Origin: Marsupella aquatica
Lineage: Eukaryota; Plantae; Marchantiophyta
NCBI GenBank assembly: GCA_973895155.1
Contig: OZ316897.1
Location: 18,863,111-18,927,110, forward strand
Direction of reading: 5' to 3'
Length of the DNA stretch: 64,000 nucleotides
A program made the position numbers and the translations under genes. Positions 1-11,202 of the stretch are shown piece after piece. The notes below the pieces were generated by a model. It had not been told where the DNA came from. It saw nothing but the letters and a program-made list of their open reading frames with translations, and did no database searches. The number at the start of each line of letters is the position of its first letter. The stretch's first letter is position 1.

Positions 1-141
1 AAATGTTAATAGTAGTAGTAGAAGGTTAGCAGCGTCCCATGCCGCTAAGCCGCGGAAACGGCCTCGCCAAGCACGAAACTTGCGGGAATCGGCTTGAGCT
101 GGGGGGTTTCTTGGGTTTAGGGAGCCATGGGACGCACCACA
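1..141 (+). mobile_element. 3' end of an LTR of the same Ty3/gypsy family, inserted in opposite orientation into the 3' LTR of the element at 142-11202
   Basis: 1-141 is the near-exact reverse complement of 6550-6690 and ends in ...GGGACGCACCACA like the solo LTR end at 35209. It is followed directly by internal LTR sequence (CTTAACGCG..., matching ~11019 onward). Confidence 0.9.
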
Positions 142-325
142 CTTAACGCGCCCTAACCCTAATCGGGTTTTCACCCTCAGCCTTACCTCCGGCCTCTGCC
201 CGGGTTCCATGGTTGCCCCTAATTGTTTATATTTTCCTTGTTTTGTCCCTATACTAAGGTGTTCCTAGGGTGCCTTCCTGCTTTACCCACTTAACCGGCC
301 GAGTGATTCCTGTCTAGGCATCACA
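142..325 (-). repeat. First 184 bp of the 3' LTR, interrupted by the nested insertion
   Basis: Nearly identical to 11019-11202; begins TGTGATGCCTAGACAGG on the minus strand. Confidence 0.92.
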
Positions 326-3300
326 TAGCTCCCCACTTAATTGTGAAGCGTCCTCGCGAACAACTTCATCTTCGTCCATATAGTATTTCTTGAGGCGGTC
401 ATAATGGATGCGAACTGGATATACCTCTCCCGTAATGTTGGCCAATTGTACGGAGCCATTGGGGAACATCATGGTTACTCTAAAGGGTCCTAACCAGCGA
501 GTGTAAAGCTTTCCTGGAAACCTACTATACCTACTGTCATAAAGTAGCACAAGATCACCGGTATGAATACTAACTACTTTTAACCTTTTATCATACTGCT
601 GCTTCATGATATTCTGTCTATATTCTACTCTCTCGGCTGAAATCATTCTCGCTTCCTCTAAAGCTTCTAACCTATATTCTCGCTCCTTTAGGCTCTCCTC
701 CGCTGAGGCTCTTTCCTCAATTGTAACTTGAAATGTCGGTATCTCAAGTTGCATGGGTACCAGGGCTTCTTGTCCAAAGGTTAAGAAGAAGGGTGTATGA
801 CCGGTAGTGGATTTATAGGCAAGATTGTAAGCAAAAACAGCAGCAAACAATTTATCATCCCAATCGAGTTTGTTCTGAGCTACTGTCTTGTTCAATATCT
901 TTCCTATGATTCCGTTTGCTCGTTCTGTCAACCCGTTTGCCTTTGGATGGTAGGGAGTAGTAGGCCTATGTTTAACTAAATACTGCTCATTTAAACGACT
1001 AATTATATCATTCAAAAAATGGGTTCCTCTATCACTAACTAATTCTAGGGGTGCTCCATACCTGGTGAAGATCTGCTCATACATGAATCTAGCCGTAGTA
1101 ATTGCATCATCCTTCATTGTTGGTCTGGCCTCTACCCATTTAGTTGCATAATCCGTAGCCAGGATTATGTACTTGTTCCGTCGAGGGTGGGTCAGTGGTT
1201 TCAGAGGTCCAATGTAATCAATACCCCACTTCTCGAATGGTGCCAGAGGTAGAATAGGGTGCAGTGGATGCCTGGTGGACGCCCTTGGTCCTCCCGCTCG
1301 TTGACAAGGATCGCATTGTTTGATAAACTGATAGACATCTTTGTGCAAGGTGGGCCACCAGTAACCGGCATTTAATATCTTCTTAGACGTGGTTACTGGG
1401 GCAAAATGTCCTCCGGCCTCCTCTCCATGCATGGCCCGTAGGACTCGTTTTACCTCTCTCTTTTCCAAACATCTTTGAATCGTGCCGTTGATTCCATGCT
1501 TGTGCAGTATGCCTTTAATGCACTGATACTGTCTGACCTTCCGCACAAAGACTGCGGCTTGCTCTCGGCTTAATCCTGGCTGTAATCTGGAAGTGCTGAG
1601 AAATTGTAAAATCTCAGGGTACCATGTACCAACTATTTCCACAACGAATAGCTCCTCGTCGGGGAATCGATCATCGATGCAATCCGTGGCAGGTTTACCT
1701 GTGATCCTTGAAAAGAAGTCGGCATTGGCATGTAACTTTCCCGGCTTGATCCTCAGCTCATAGTCAAACTCCTGTAATAGCAAAATCCATCTTGCTACTC
1801 TGCCTGTAAGGTCCGGCTTATTGACTAGGTACTTCAAACTTTCATGATCAGTATGAAAGATTACCTTGTACTCTAGTAAATAATGCCTAAACTTTTTACA
1901 AGAATAAATGACTCCTAATGCTTCTCTTTCCGTGGTAGAGTAGTTCCGTTCGGCATCGGCAAGTTGACGGCTTGCGAAGTATATGGGATGGTCCCTTCCT
2001 TTCTCATCCAACTGACTTAGTACTGAGCCAATACAGAAGCCCGAGACATCTACAAAAACATGAAAATCTTTGTTCCAGTCCGGTGCTATCATGACTGGGG
2101 CCTCTACTAACATCTGCTTCAATTCTACCACCGCTGTGACTCGTTCGGGTGTGGGTTCGAAGTCTGCTCCTGCCTTGAGCATATTGGTTAATGGTAAAGC
2201 CAGCTTGGCAAAATCCTTGATGAACCGGCGATAGTAACCAATGCATCCCAAGAAGGATCTTACATCCTTTATGTTCTTAGGTTGCATGATATCTAGCCAT
2301 ACTGCTAGCTTACCTTTGTCAATCTCAATGCCCTTCCTTGATACCTTGTGACCTAGTAGCACCCCCTCGGTTACTGCAAAAAAACATTTATCTGGGTGTA
2401 ACTTGAGACCCACCTCTCTACATCTCATGAAGGTTTTCCTGAGGTATTTAGCATGTTTCGATGCCTTCCCGAATACTGCAAAGTCATCAATGAAGATTTC
2501 CATGAACTTTCTCAAGTAATCATGAAAAATGTTCACCATTAATCGTTGGAACATAGCTGGTGCGTTGCAGAGTCCAAACGGCATACGATTGAAGACATAG
2601 ATCCCCCATTCCGTGATGAAGGCCGTCTTGATTTGGTCTTCCTGCCGAATCCTGATTTGGTTATAACCAGAGTATCCATCCATGAATGAATATAGTTCAT
2701 GACTGGCTACCATGTCTAGTACCATATCAGTAAACGGTAAAGGAAAATGGTCTTTTAATGTTGCTTCATTCAGCTTCCTGTAATCCTGACAAACCCGGAT
2801 CTTGGGTTTACCATCGGGTCCAGCTTTCTTGGGAACTATCACAATTGGAGACACCCAGTCTGAATGCAGGACTGGAGTGATGAATCCAGCTTCCACTAGT
2901 TTGTCGATTTTTGTTTTGACCAGCAGGGAATACTTCGGGTTCATCCTTCGAATTGGTTGTCGAAATGATTTGGCTCCTAACATGAGATCAATTCGATGTT
3001 CCCCTAGTGTTGGATCTACTCCCTTTAGATCTTGGTGACTCCATGCAAACACATCCTGAAATTTAATCAATAAGTCACTGATCTCTTTCTCGAGCTCAGG
3101 TGCTAGGTTTCTCCCTAAGTTCAGTTCTCTTCCCTCTCCTAAGTCGAGCTTCCGATATTGCCGTGCTTGGATCATATTAATCTGCTTCTTCAAATTCGGG
3201 TCCAGTTCGGCTTCCAGTCTCTCTAATCTCATACCTCCATAAACTGGGATCTCGGCTGGACTAGCCGAGTCGGTCCCTTCCTTGGTGTCCATAGATTGTC

Positions 3301-3556
3301 CCCTTACCGGTCTATTCGGTTTTGAATTAGTGGTCGTCTCCCCTTCCTGCCTTGGCTCTGGATCGTGTCTGTCCATCTCATCCACTTCTTGCTCCTGAGA
3401 GTTAGGCCGCTGTGCTCTCTCGGCTTCTAATAGGGCCTCAATTTGTTCTGCCCTCGTAATCGGCTTGTATGCCGATCCCTTGGTATTTAATTCCTTGCCG
3501 ATGATCGATGGCGTTGTGGACCCCGTCGGCTCTGCCACAACGCTTGCAGAAAATCC
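314..3556 (-). CDS. pol: Pol: reverse transcriptase - RNase H - integrase, reached by -1 frameshift
   Basis: RT motifs MDGYSGYNQI, MPFGLCNAPAMFQR and FIDD; RNase H FVDVSG...ERNYSTTEREALG; integrase GGHF...CDPC, WGIDYIGP, SDRG and NGLTER. The ORF is open and its stop lies just inside the 3' LTR. Confidence 0.93.
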   Translation of the reverse strand, partial: GFSASVVAEPTGSTTPSIIGKELNTKGSAYKPITRAEQIEALLEAERAQRPNSQEQEVDEMDRHDPEPRQEGETTTNSKPNRPVRGQSMDTKEGTDSASPAEIPVYGGMRLERLEAELDPNLKKQINMIQARQYRKLDLGEGRELNLGRNLAPELEKEISDLLIKFQDVFAWSHQDLKGVDPTLGEHRIDLMLGAKSFRQPIRRMNPKYSLLVKTKIDKLVEAGFITPVLHSDWVSPIVIVPKKAGPDGKPKIRVCQDYRKLNEATLKDHFPLPFTDMVLDMVASHELYSFMDGYSGYNQIRIRQEDQIKTAFITEWGIYVFNRMPFGLCNAPAMFQRLMVNIFHDYLRKFMEIFIDDFAVFGKASKHAKYLRKTFMRCREVGLKLHPDKCFFAVTEGVLLGHKVSRKGIEIDKGKLAVWLDIMQPKNIKDVRSFLGCIGYYRRFIKDFAKLALPLTNMLKAGADFEPTPERVTAVVELKQMLVEAPVMIAPDWNKDFHVFVDVSGFCIGSVLSQLDEKGRDHPIYFASRQLADAERNYSTTEREALGVIYSCKKFRHYLLEYKVIFHTDHESLKYLVNKPDLTGRVARWILLLQEFDYELRIKPGKLHANADFFSRITGKPATDCIDDRFPDEELFVVEIVGTWYPEILQFLSTSRLQPGLSREQAAVFVRKVRQYQCIKGILHKHGINGTIQRCLEKREVKRVLRAMHGEEAGGHFAPVTTSKKILNAGYWWPTLHKDVYQFIKQCDPCQRAGGPRASTRHPLHPILPLAPFEKWGIDYIGPLKPLTHPRRNKYIILATDYATKWVEARPTMKDDAITTARFMYEQIFTRYGAPLELVSDRGTHFLNDIISRLNEQYLVKHRPTTPYHPKANGLTERANGIIGKILNKTVAQNKLDWDDKLFAAVFAYNLAYKSTTGHTPFFLTFGQEALVPMQLEIPTFQVTIEERASAEESLKEREYRLEALEEARMISAERVEYRQNIMKQQYDKRLKVVSIHTGDLVLLYDSRYSRFPGKLYTRWLGPFRVTMMFPNGSVQLANITGEVYPVRIHYDRLKKYYMDEDEVVREDASQLSGELCDA
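326..340 (-). promoter_or_regulatory. Polypurine tract (TTAAGTGGGGAGCTA)
   Basis: Purine-rich run immediately before the TG of the 3' LTR on the minus strand. Confidence 0.75.
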
Positions 3557-6480
3557 ACTGTCCCTGCTACTGCTCCCCACTTAGCCGTTTCATCCAATTG
3601 GTCTACATCCTTTACTTCCTCCGGAATTGCAGCTAAAAAGGTGGATTCTATTGTAAAGCAGTCCTCGACCTCTTCGTCTTCTTCTTCCAAGTCACCTTCC
3701 ATTGGTTCTTGCCATAATCCGCTGGGGGGTACCTCTGGTCCAAAGACACCTTCTTTGGTTAGGTTAGTGAGGCATTCTAACCAACGTACTTCATCGGCTG
3801 ACTCCAGTCCACTATCGTACCCATCTACTTCCCTTATGCTTTTCCTACGGTCATCCTTAGTGTCCCAGGATACCGTGATAGAGGGGGTCCCGAAAGTGAA
3901 CTGCTTTTTACCCCAATCTTCTATTACCTCGGCTAGGTACAGCCATGGCCTACCAATCAATAGCCGGAATGACGTAGGATTTACCGGCTTCATTACTACA
4001 TAGTTAATGCTAAAGAAGATACCTCCTATCTCTGTCTTGATGCCGGTTAACACTCCCGTCGGAATGACCTGATATCCATTGGCCATGTTCAACACTCTTC
4101 CAGTCATCTCCGGTGTTAGACCCCACCCTTTTGCTGTTGAATCAATCATAATACATACCCCTGATCCTCCATCGATGGGTACCCGTAGTAATAATTCTCC
4201 TTGAATCATTAATGGTAATGCTGGGGCTCCTTGATCTTCTTCTATCATTAGTACGTCGGATCTGGTTGCTACCTTGGGTAATCTCGGCTTGCCGAGAATA
4301 GCCTTCCTTAATTGCTTCCGGAAGTACGGGCTATTTTTCAATAGTTGACCTACTGTTGCCGAGACTCTAGATTCTAGTACATCTTTAGCCAGGTCATAGG
4401 GAACAATCGGCTTCTCTTCTGGTGGTGTTTCCGTCTTGGATTCGGCCAGTTTTGCCACGCTAGTCTCCACAGCTGTTGGGTCTTCCGAAGCAAACAATGC
4501 TTTTGCTCGTTTTACATCCTTGGCAATGGCTTCGGTATTCTCCAGGGTTTCTAATTCTCTTAGTTGTTCCTTAACACTAGCCGTGACAGAGGGGTAGAAC
4601 AACTTAGGATGATCTCGATTGAAGTCGCTATCTTGTGAAGGATTGGTTTCACTGGTGGGCTCATGGCTTACCTGTATTGCCGGAGCCCTCCCTTCTCCTT
4701 CTGTTGATGTTGACGAAGAGTCGATCCTTTCCTCCGTAACCTTCCCTTTATTTTTGGCCAGCCCATCCCACCTTTCCTTCCTTCTGGTAGATCGAGTAGA
4801 GACCCGGTAGCAATCATGATCTAAATCCTCCTCTGAGAAGGTTGATAGGGCTTCGGCCTCATCATCAGATGGTACGAACTCTGCCTCGACATCCTCTTGC
4901 CATCCTAGTTCGATGTGGTTGATTTGAACTCCTCCGGGGGTAGTACCTGGCGGTAAGATCTTGATTGGCAAAAGCTTATGATTTGCGGCCAGGCCTGCCA
5001 ACCAAGTAGGACATTGCCCTAGCATATGACCTTCCTGTCGGCATCCCATACATAGCTGAGCTGGTTGTCCATCACCCTGTTTGCGTGCATTCGGGCATTC
5101 TCTAGCAAAATGGCCAGGTTGACCACAATTATAGCACGCCGCAAATCTTTGCACATTCGGCCTAGGAGGTACTGACGGGTTCTGAATAATCCGAGGATAC
5201 ATCTCTCCTGGATTGTTCCTTAACCCTGACCACAGAGATGCAGGTCTGTTGGATAGGTCTCGTGCTCCAGTCTCACTGATGCCGAAAACACTATCAGCGG
5301 CATCTCCCAAAAAGTACTCTACTTCTCCCTGACATGGTCTGATCTCGGCCACATGCCGAACATGATTAGTATTAAGCTTAGGACACGCATCTTTATGGTG
5401 TCCGGTTTTATAACATAAGGCACACCATACAGAGCTATCCTCCTGTACTACCTTCTTCTTTGGTTTTACCTCTGCAATGATAGCCTTAAGTTGCTCGGTA
5501 AGGGCTACGATGTTATCTGGTGGCTTAGCCTCCATCTTGACTTTCGTCTTCCCTCTCCTTCTGCCCTTCCTTTTCCTAGTTTTTTCTTCTTCAGAACTAG
5601 AAGATGACTCACTCTTGCTACTCCCACTATCCGAGCTTGACTTATCACTTCTAGACTTCTTGGGATGTTTCTTCTTCTTATCTTTTTTCTTATGGGGTGA
5701 TCCCTCCTCTGATGAGGAACTCTCAGACTTAAGCTGTTTCTTCCGGCTTGTGATATCTGCATTAATGTATAATTGAATATCCTTAATTGCTTCGGCTAAA
5801 GTCTCCGGGTTCTCCTTCCTAATTGCAAAACTCATCTTCTGTGGCAAAGCATTCACCAACCATTGAAGTTGCATACCTTCAGATGCATTGGTCTTTGTAC
5901 GTCTTACCAGTTTCTGAAAGCGTTGCAAGAACTTCCTGAAGGATTTGTTCTCCTTGAACCGAAGTTGTCCCAACTTCAGCACTGCTAGTTCTGAAGTTCC
6001 AATGGGTCAAAACTCCTTAACAAAGAGTGTTTTGAAGATATCCCAGATGGCTTGATCTTCCACATCTAATGCTCTGTACCAAGGCCTAGCCTCACCCTTG
6101 AACAGGTCGGGAAGAATCTGCATCTTGATGGCCGATTCTCCATTTGCTGCAGCGGTTCCCTCGAAATCATCCAACCATTCGTCCGGATCCTCATCTCCTC
6201 TCCCATGAAATGCCTTGTAATGTATGCGCGACCGCTGGCTCAATTTGGTCCCTGGCCTCTCGTCTGCCCGTGCCTCTGGTTCCCCCATGTCGGTTGGAGA
6301 CTCACTTCTCCTTACCGACTCTTCTTCTGGTATGTCTTCTTCGACGCCACTTCCAGTTTCGGAGCTACCAGCTCTTTTTGCCCCTCTCAGTCGCTGTGTA
6401 TCATGCCACCCGGCGAGCTGCTGCAGTCGAGCTCTCTCCCGTTGAATCACTCTTTCTTCCCTCGGCGTAAGGTCAGTCAT
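3487..6480 (-). pseudogene. gag: Gag-protease ORF with one in-frame premature stop (TGA 6009-6007)
   Basis: Capsid-like FHGRGDEDPDEWLDDFE, three CCHC knuckles (CALCYKTGHHKDAC, CYNCGQPGHFAREC, CMGCRQEGHMLGQC), and aspartic protease VPIDGGSG...LLIGRPWL. ORFs 6007..6480 and 3487..5982 are in the same frame across a single TGA. Confidence 0.88.
3497..3556 (-). promoter_or_regulatory. Programmed -1 ribosomal frameshift signal (G GAU UUU, 6-nt spacer, 9-bp stem, possible pseudoknot)
   Basis: GGATTTT at 3556-3550 is in the correct gag phase. Spacer CTGCAA, then GCGTTGTGG (3543-3535) pairs perfectly with CCACAACGC (3519-3511). pol is in the -1 frame relative to gag-PR. Confidence 0.8.
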
Positions 6481-6528
6481 TACCTACGCTTCCGTTCTAA
6501 CTTCATATCTCATGGCTTAAGAAATGCC

Positions 6529-6545
6529 CCCTCCATCTAGCGCCA
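6529..6545 (-). promoter_or_regulatory. Primer-binding site TGGCGCTAGATGGAGGG
   Basis: Starts with TGG (complement of the tRNA CCA end) 4 nt after the 5' LTR end. TGGCG-type PBS is typical of the Athila/Tat group. Confidence 0.8.
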
Positions 6546-6549
6546 AAAA

Positions 6550-9500
6550 TGTGGTGCGTCCCATGGCTCCCTAAACCCAAGAAACCCCCCAGCTCAAGCC
6601 GATTCCCGCAGGTTTCGTGCTTGGCGAGGCCGTTTCCGCGGCTTAGCGGCATGGGACGCTGCTAACCTTCTACTACTACTATTAACATTTTACACACATA
6701 TACTGGACAGATCCTTCATCGGGTCATGAGATACGTAGCCGGCCTAATATAGGCCTTCCCCTGTCTTCCCCTGTCTTCCCCTCCGTCTTGTTAGGTATGT
6801 TTGGATTCCGCCGCCGGAATGATCCCCAATAGGCTTGGTTAAGCCGCTAAGACCTCTCTCAGCTCGACACATCCAACTCTCACTCCCCTGCTTACTTTCC
6901 TTCCTTCTGTTGATGTGGGCACTCTTCACACAAGTTAATGCGACACACAAATAGCAAAATGACTCATTCTGACTGAGTCATACCATGCACTTGCCATACA
7001 AACAGTACATCTCATACACAAGTTCTGCGAACTAAGCCGTGAGGCCAACTCTATTCAACTCTTAGGCATGAGGAAACATGAATATACACAAGGGTCACTG
7101 TATGACTAACCGAGAGCTTCTCGTACTACTTGATCCCAGCCCGGCTGGTGCAAACTAAAAACTTGCTAAAGAAGAGGCCCTGAGCTCCCCGCTGCCCAGG
7201 TACTTATCCTGGTAGTGGATCCACCATTCTTTGCATCGTAAGCCTAATCTACCTGACAGTAATCTACTTGCGCGAATCTACCTATGTACAGCAAGGCAGG
7301 AGCACAAGTGTTGCTCCTACCAGTGGAAGCGCAATCCCACTAAGCTAAGTGTCAGGGCCGTTCCTGGTTCTGATCCTAATCCTAAACGTGGAGATCCGCG
7401 CCCGCCCTGCCCACTCACGCCTCCTCCCTCCACGTCCGCCCTCCCTAAAAGGAACGGCGCCCTTGCACCGTCACGACACCGGTGGTGGATCCTCAATGGA
7501 CGCCCCCAACACTTCCTCCTCAGCCACTGCCGTTGGCCCGCCTACTGACAGATTACCTGCCCTTGACCGAGTCAACTCTCCATCGGCCTGACTGGGTCCA
7601 CCTTCGGCTTCAGCCTCGACACCGGCCTCGGCAATACCCACGGCTTCGGCCTCAGCCACTCCCACGGCTTCGGCTTCAGCCACTCCCTCGGCTTCGGCCT
7701 CCCCTTCCCCTAGGGTAGTTGGATCCTTAGCCGTGACCCTGTCTGGGGTCGGTGCTGGGTCTACCTCCTTGATCACCACGGCCTGTGAAGTCGTATTACT
7801 CCTTGACCCTGAAGGTTTCCGCTTCTTCTTCGTTGGTGGCTCGGCAGCTGGTCCCTTCCCCTTCCCACTTACTTCCGGCACTGGTGCAGTTGACGCGGCT
7901 TGTCCTTCGGCAATTACCACCCCTGGTAACTGGTTTGTCCCAACGGGAGATGGACCTGCTGCAGCTAAGCATTTAAATACTGCGGCTTGTTTCTTCAGCC
8001 GCTCTGTTTGGTTGTCGGCCCGCCGCTGTAGGTTCTCCATCTTCCTCGTGATTTCCTCCAACTCCTCTTGGGTTTCATCCAGGTCCTTACGTGCCCCCTC
8101 CAGCTCGTTTTTGGCCTCCTCCTGCTCCCTGTGGGCTTCCTCCAATTCCTTCTTCAAGGTAGCCCTCTCCTCCTGGGTTGCTCTTAGCTCCTTGTCGAGC
8201 TCTGCAATGATGACAGACTCCATCTGGTTCATCTTGGCGTAAGTCTGTTCGAGCATCTCGTCCTTCTCCCTTAGGTCGGCCTTGAAGCTGGCCGTCAGGG
8301 ACGCAAGCTCCTGCTGCAGCGCCATAATCCCTTGATAGGATTTCCCTAACTCGACCTCCTTCTGCTCAAGGGCTCCGCAGATTTTCTCGAGCTCCCCTTT
8401 CAACGCCCATTCCTTTCTTTGGGTCTCCGCCATGGCCCGGCTGTTGGCTGTTATGTGGGCCTCCTCTGTATTCTTCAGCTCTTGCTTCCACTTCTCCCTC
8501 TCTTTGATCGTGTCGGCCAACTCTTCCTGCGTCTGAGTCAGTTTATCCTTGATATTCTGATTATCAGCCTGCGCGGTGTCCAACTGCCCCTGCATGATGT
8601 TCAGCTCATGTCGTTTAATCCGCAGTTCATCTTGGGCTTTCTTGGCCGCCCTTAGATCTTCAATCTCGGCTTCCATCCTCCTAAGCCGCCGAATGACCTC
8701 GTCCTTCTTGCTTCTCTCTAAAGCCACCGCTTCTTCTAATTGGTGCTTCTCCAACTGCTCCCTATGGAAAAAGGGTCCTACCTCCAACTCCTCTCCAAAG
8801 ATGCCGAGCGCAAGTTCCCCACACATCTCACCATACTCCATGGCTCTATTCTTAGCGTAGGTGGAGTAAGTAGAAGTGATCGGCATCGCCCATCGTGGCC
8901 TCTGCTCCCAAGCCGTCCTGCGGATCTCTTCAATCGTGGCTAGAGGTTTGCTTCCTTTTTCGGCTAGCCGCCTGATGTCCTCCGGCCAATCTCCTCCTGG
9001 TAAATCCTTTTCCTTAGCCAGGGCGGCCTCTTCCTCCTGCTTGATTCGCTCCTGAAATTCCTGCACCGTCTGTTTTATGCCGTCGAAGCTCGGGGGAGCA
9101 ACATCTGGTGGGGGAGACTCAGGGCTACTCTGCTGGTTGGGGTCCCCTCGCACTACCCTTGGAAGTGTGGGGACAAACCGGCCACAGGTCCTTACTCCTG
9201 ATGGTCCGACCCATAGCCGGAATTATCATGGCTGCAGTCCTCCACTGCCTCCTCTACCTCTTGGACGTCCGGCTTCTCCCTCTCCTCTTCGTCGGTAGGA
9301 GCTTCAGGCAATTATGCCTCAGATTCGGAGCTTGAGGTTCCCACGTACATTCGAACACCTGGCTTGGATTCCGGCCTGATTCTCTCCTTGTCTCCAGCAA
9401 AGGGGTTTTCTCTTGTGAGCCGGTGTAGGCCTACCTCTGTAGTAGTGTCCTGCATTGTTGCCGTTGCCGTTGTTGTTGCCGATGCTGATTTCTTTTCTTT

Positions 9501-11202
9501 CTCCAGTAGTTTCAGCAGACTCTGCATGCCTGGTTGCTGCATCGGCAAGTCTTCCTTCCTGGGCCTAAACACCTGCTCGATCGTAGGACTAACAGGTGGT
9601 TGAGGCTTCTCAGCCAACGGCCTCGGCGTTGGAGCTTCCTCGGGTGCCCTTACCTGCAGGGGAAGTACCGGGGCAAAAGTCTGACCTCTGGCATACCGGC
9701 ACAACAGCGGCATGTGATAGCCAAGCCGCGACACGCTCCCCATGTCGATTACCTGCTGCTCCTCCTTTAAGATCTTCTTCAATTGGTTGAGGAGGTACCC
9801 GTTGTAGTCCCGGCTTGGGTCTGGCCTTTCTGCCAGATAGACCTGTGCCTTGCCGATCTCTGCCCTCGGCAAGTTACAATGCATGGTCACCCGCAAGAAG
9901 TCGATCATCTCTCCTATGTGCGGGTTGGTGCAGGTGTTCCGGAAGAAGCCATTCTTCGTTGATGGCCCGGGGAACGACCGGAACTCCTTGTCAGGCAGGG
10001 TCTTCCTGGTATCAACTTTGGTCTTATTGCCTATCGGCAAGCCAAACACTTCGGCAATTACCTTGGGAGTAAGATAGAAATCCTTCCCATATATCCTCGT
10101 GCAATTGGTCTCGGGTTCCCATGACCCCACGAATTCTAATAGGTCTGACTCCGGTACCTCCGGCTTCAACCATGGTAATCTTACAAAGGCCTCCAAGCCG
10201 GATCCGGCCATGAAGCCTTGGTACTTCTTGGTCTGCATGGCCGTAAAGCATGCATCCTCCTCCCGTGCAAAATGTAGTTGCACCTCCACCGGTAGGGTTG
10301 CCGCCCAGCCCTTCCAGGTGTCATCCCTGGTTGGAATGGCCTTGATGGGATCGACCTCCTCCTCTTCGGCTTCTCCCTGCCTCCTGCTCTGCTGCTCGGC
10401 TGGCCTCTTTGGTGCCGCCGACCTCGTTCTTTTTGCCGGGGTGACTTCATCGTTGACGGCCCCCTTCCTCTTCATCTCTGCTGCCGTGGAGGTTTCTCCT
10501 AGCACCGTTGCCTGGGTCCACCTTTCCGTGCTACCCTTTAATTCCCAATGTATGTCGTTGCAGTTCTTGATGGCCTCTCGGATGCCGACGACGCTGTCTT
10601 TGCAAAACAGAAGATCGTCGAGTTGATTGGAAGTAGGCGTCCACAGGAACTCGTCCTTGATGAGTTCGCCTCCTAAGAAAGCCGTCTTCTGCAGCTCCCA
10701 CAATCGAGCGAGCTCCTGCCGTTCTCGAGCTGCCCTTTCTGACTCCTCGTCCTCGTAAGTCTTGATGTACTCAGTTGCCCGTTCGAACAGGCATCCCCAG
10801 AAATGTGCCGCTTGATTGACGTTGCTCATACCCTCCTTAGGTCGATCGTCGGTATCTATTCTCTCCCCGAGTGCTTGCCTAAGCAGCTGACAGTAGTTGG
10901 CCTCCCGTAGTCATCTGCCTAGTTCGTGCTCGCAAATGAGCCACCATCTCCTGCAAGCGCTCCTTACCCCTCTCCTCTGCCGGTCCTTCTTCCCGTTGAT
11001 CCTTCCTAGCTGCCGACGCTTAACGCGCCCTAACCCTTATCGGGTTTTCACCCTCAGCCTTACCTCCGGCCTCTGCCCGGGTTCCATGGTTGCCCCTAAT
11101 TGTTTATATTTTCCTTGTTTTGTCCCTATACTAAGGTGTTCCTAGGGTGCCTTCCTGCTTTACCCACTTAACCGGCCGAGTGATTCCTGTCTAGGCATCA
11201 CA
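6550..11202 (-). repeat. 5' LTR (4653 bp)
   Basis: TG...CA ends with imperfect inverted termini TGTGATGC/GCACCACA; colinear with the TSD-flanked solo copy at 30520-35209. Confidence 0.92.
7471..11087 (-). pseudogene. LTR-encoded accessory protein (plant-transposon/Athila-ORF2-like domain plus long coiled coil), disrupted copy
   Basis: Same ORF as 30635-34291, with stops at 10913-10911 and 9314-9312 and a 7-bp deletion near 9200. Confidence 0.8.

Larger units (their letters stand above)
142..11202 (-). mobile_element. Ty3/gypsy LTR retrotransposon, non-chromovirus (Athila/Tat/Phygy-like), with very long gene-containing LTRs
   Basis: Minus-strand order: 5'LTR (11202-6550), PBS, gag-PR, RT-RH-INT, PPT, 3'LTR start (325-142). 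No chromodomain or extra archaeal-type RNase H seen. CATGT (11203-11207) is the candidate TSD; its partner lies outside the window. Confidence 0.93.

Noticed and set aside
6007-6009. Programmed readthrough of the TGA within gag
   Set aside because: It interrupts the capsid region and fits CGA-to-TGA decay; no readthrough context is evident.
7733-10626. Antisense ORFs over the LTR gene and similar shadow ORFs over pol, the transposases and AVT6
   Set aside because: They are opposite-strand shadows of real coding regions with no motifs of their own.
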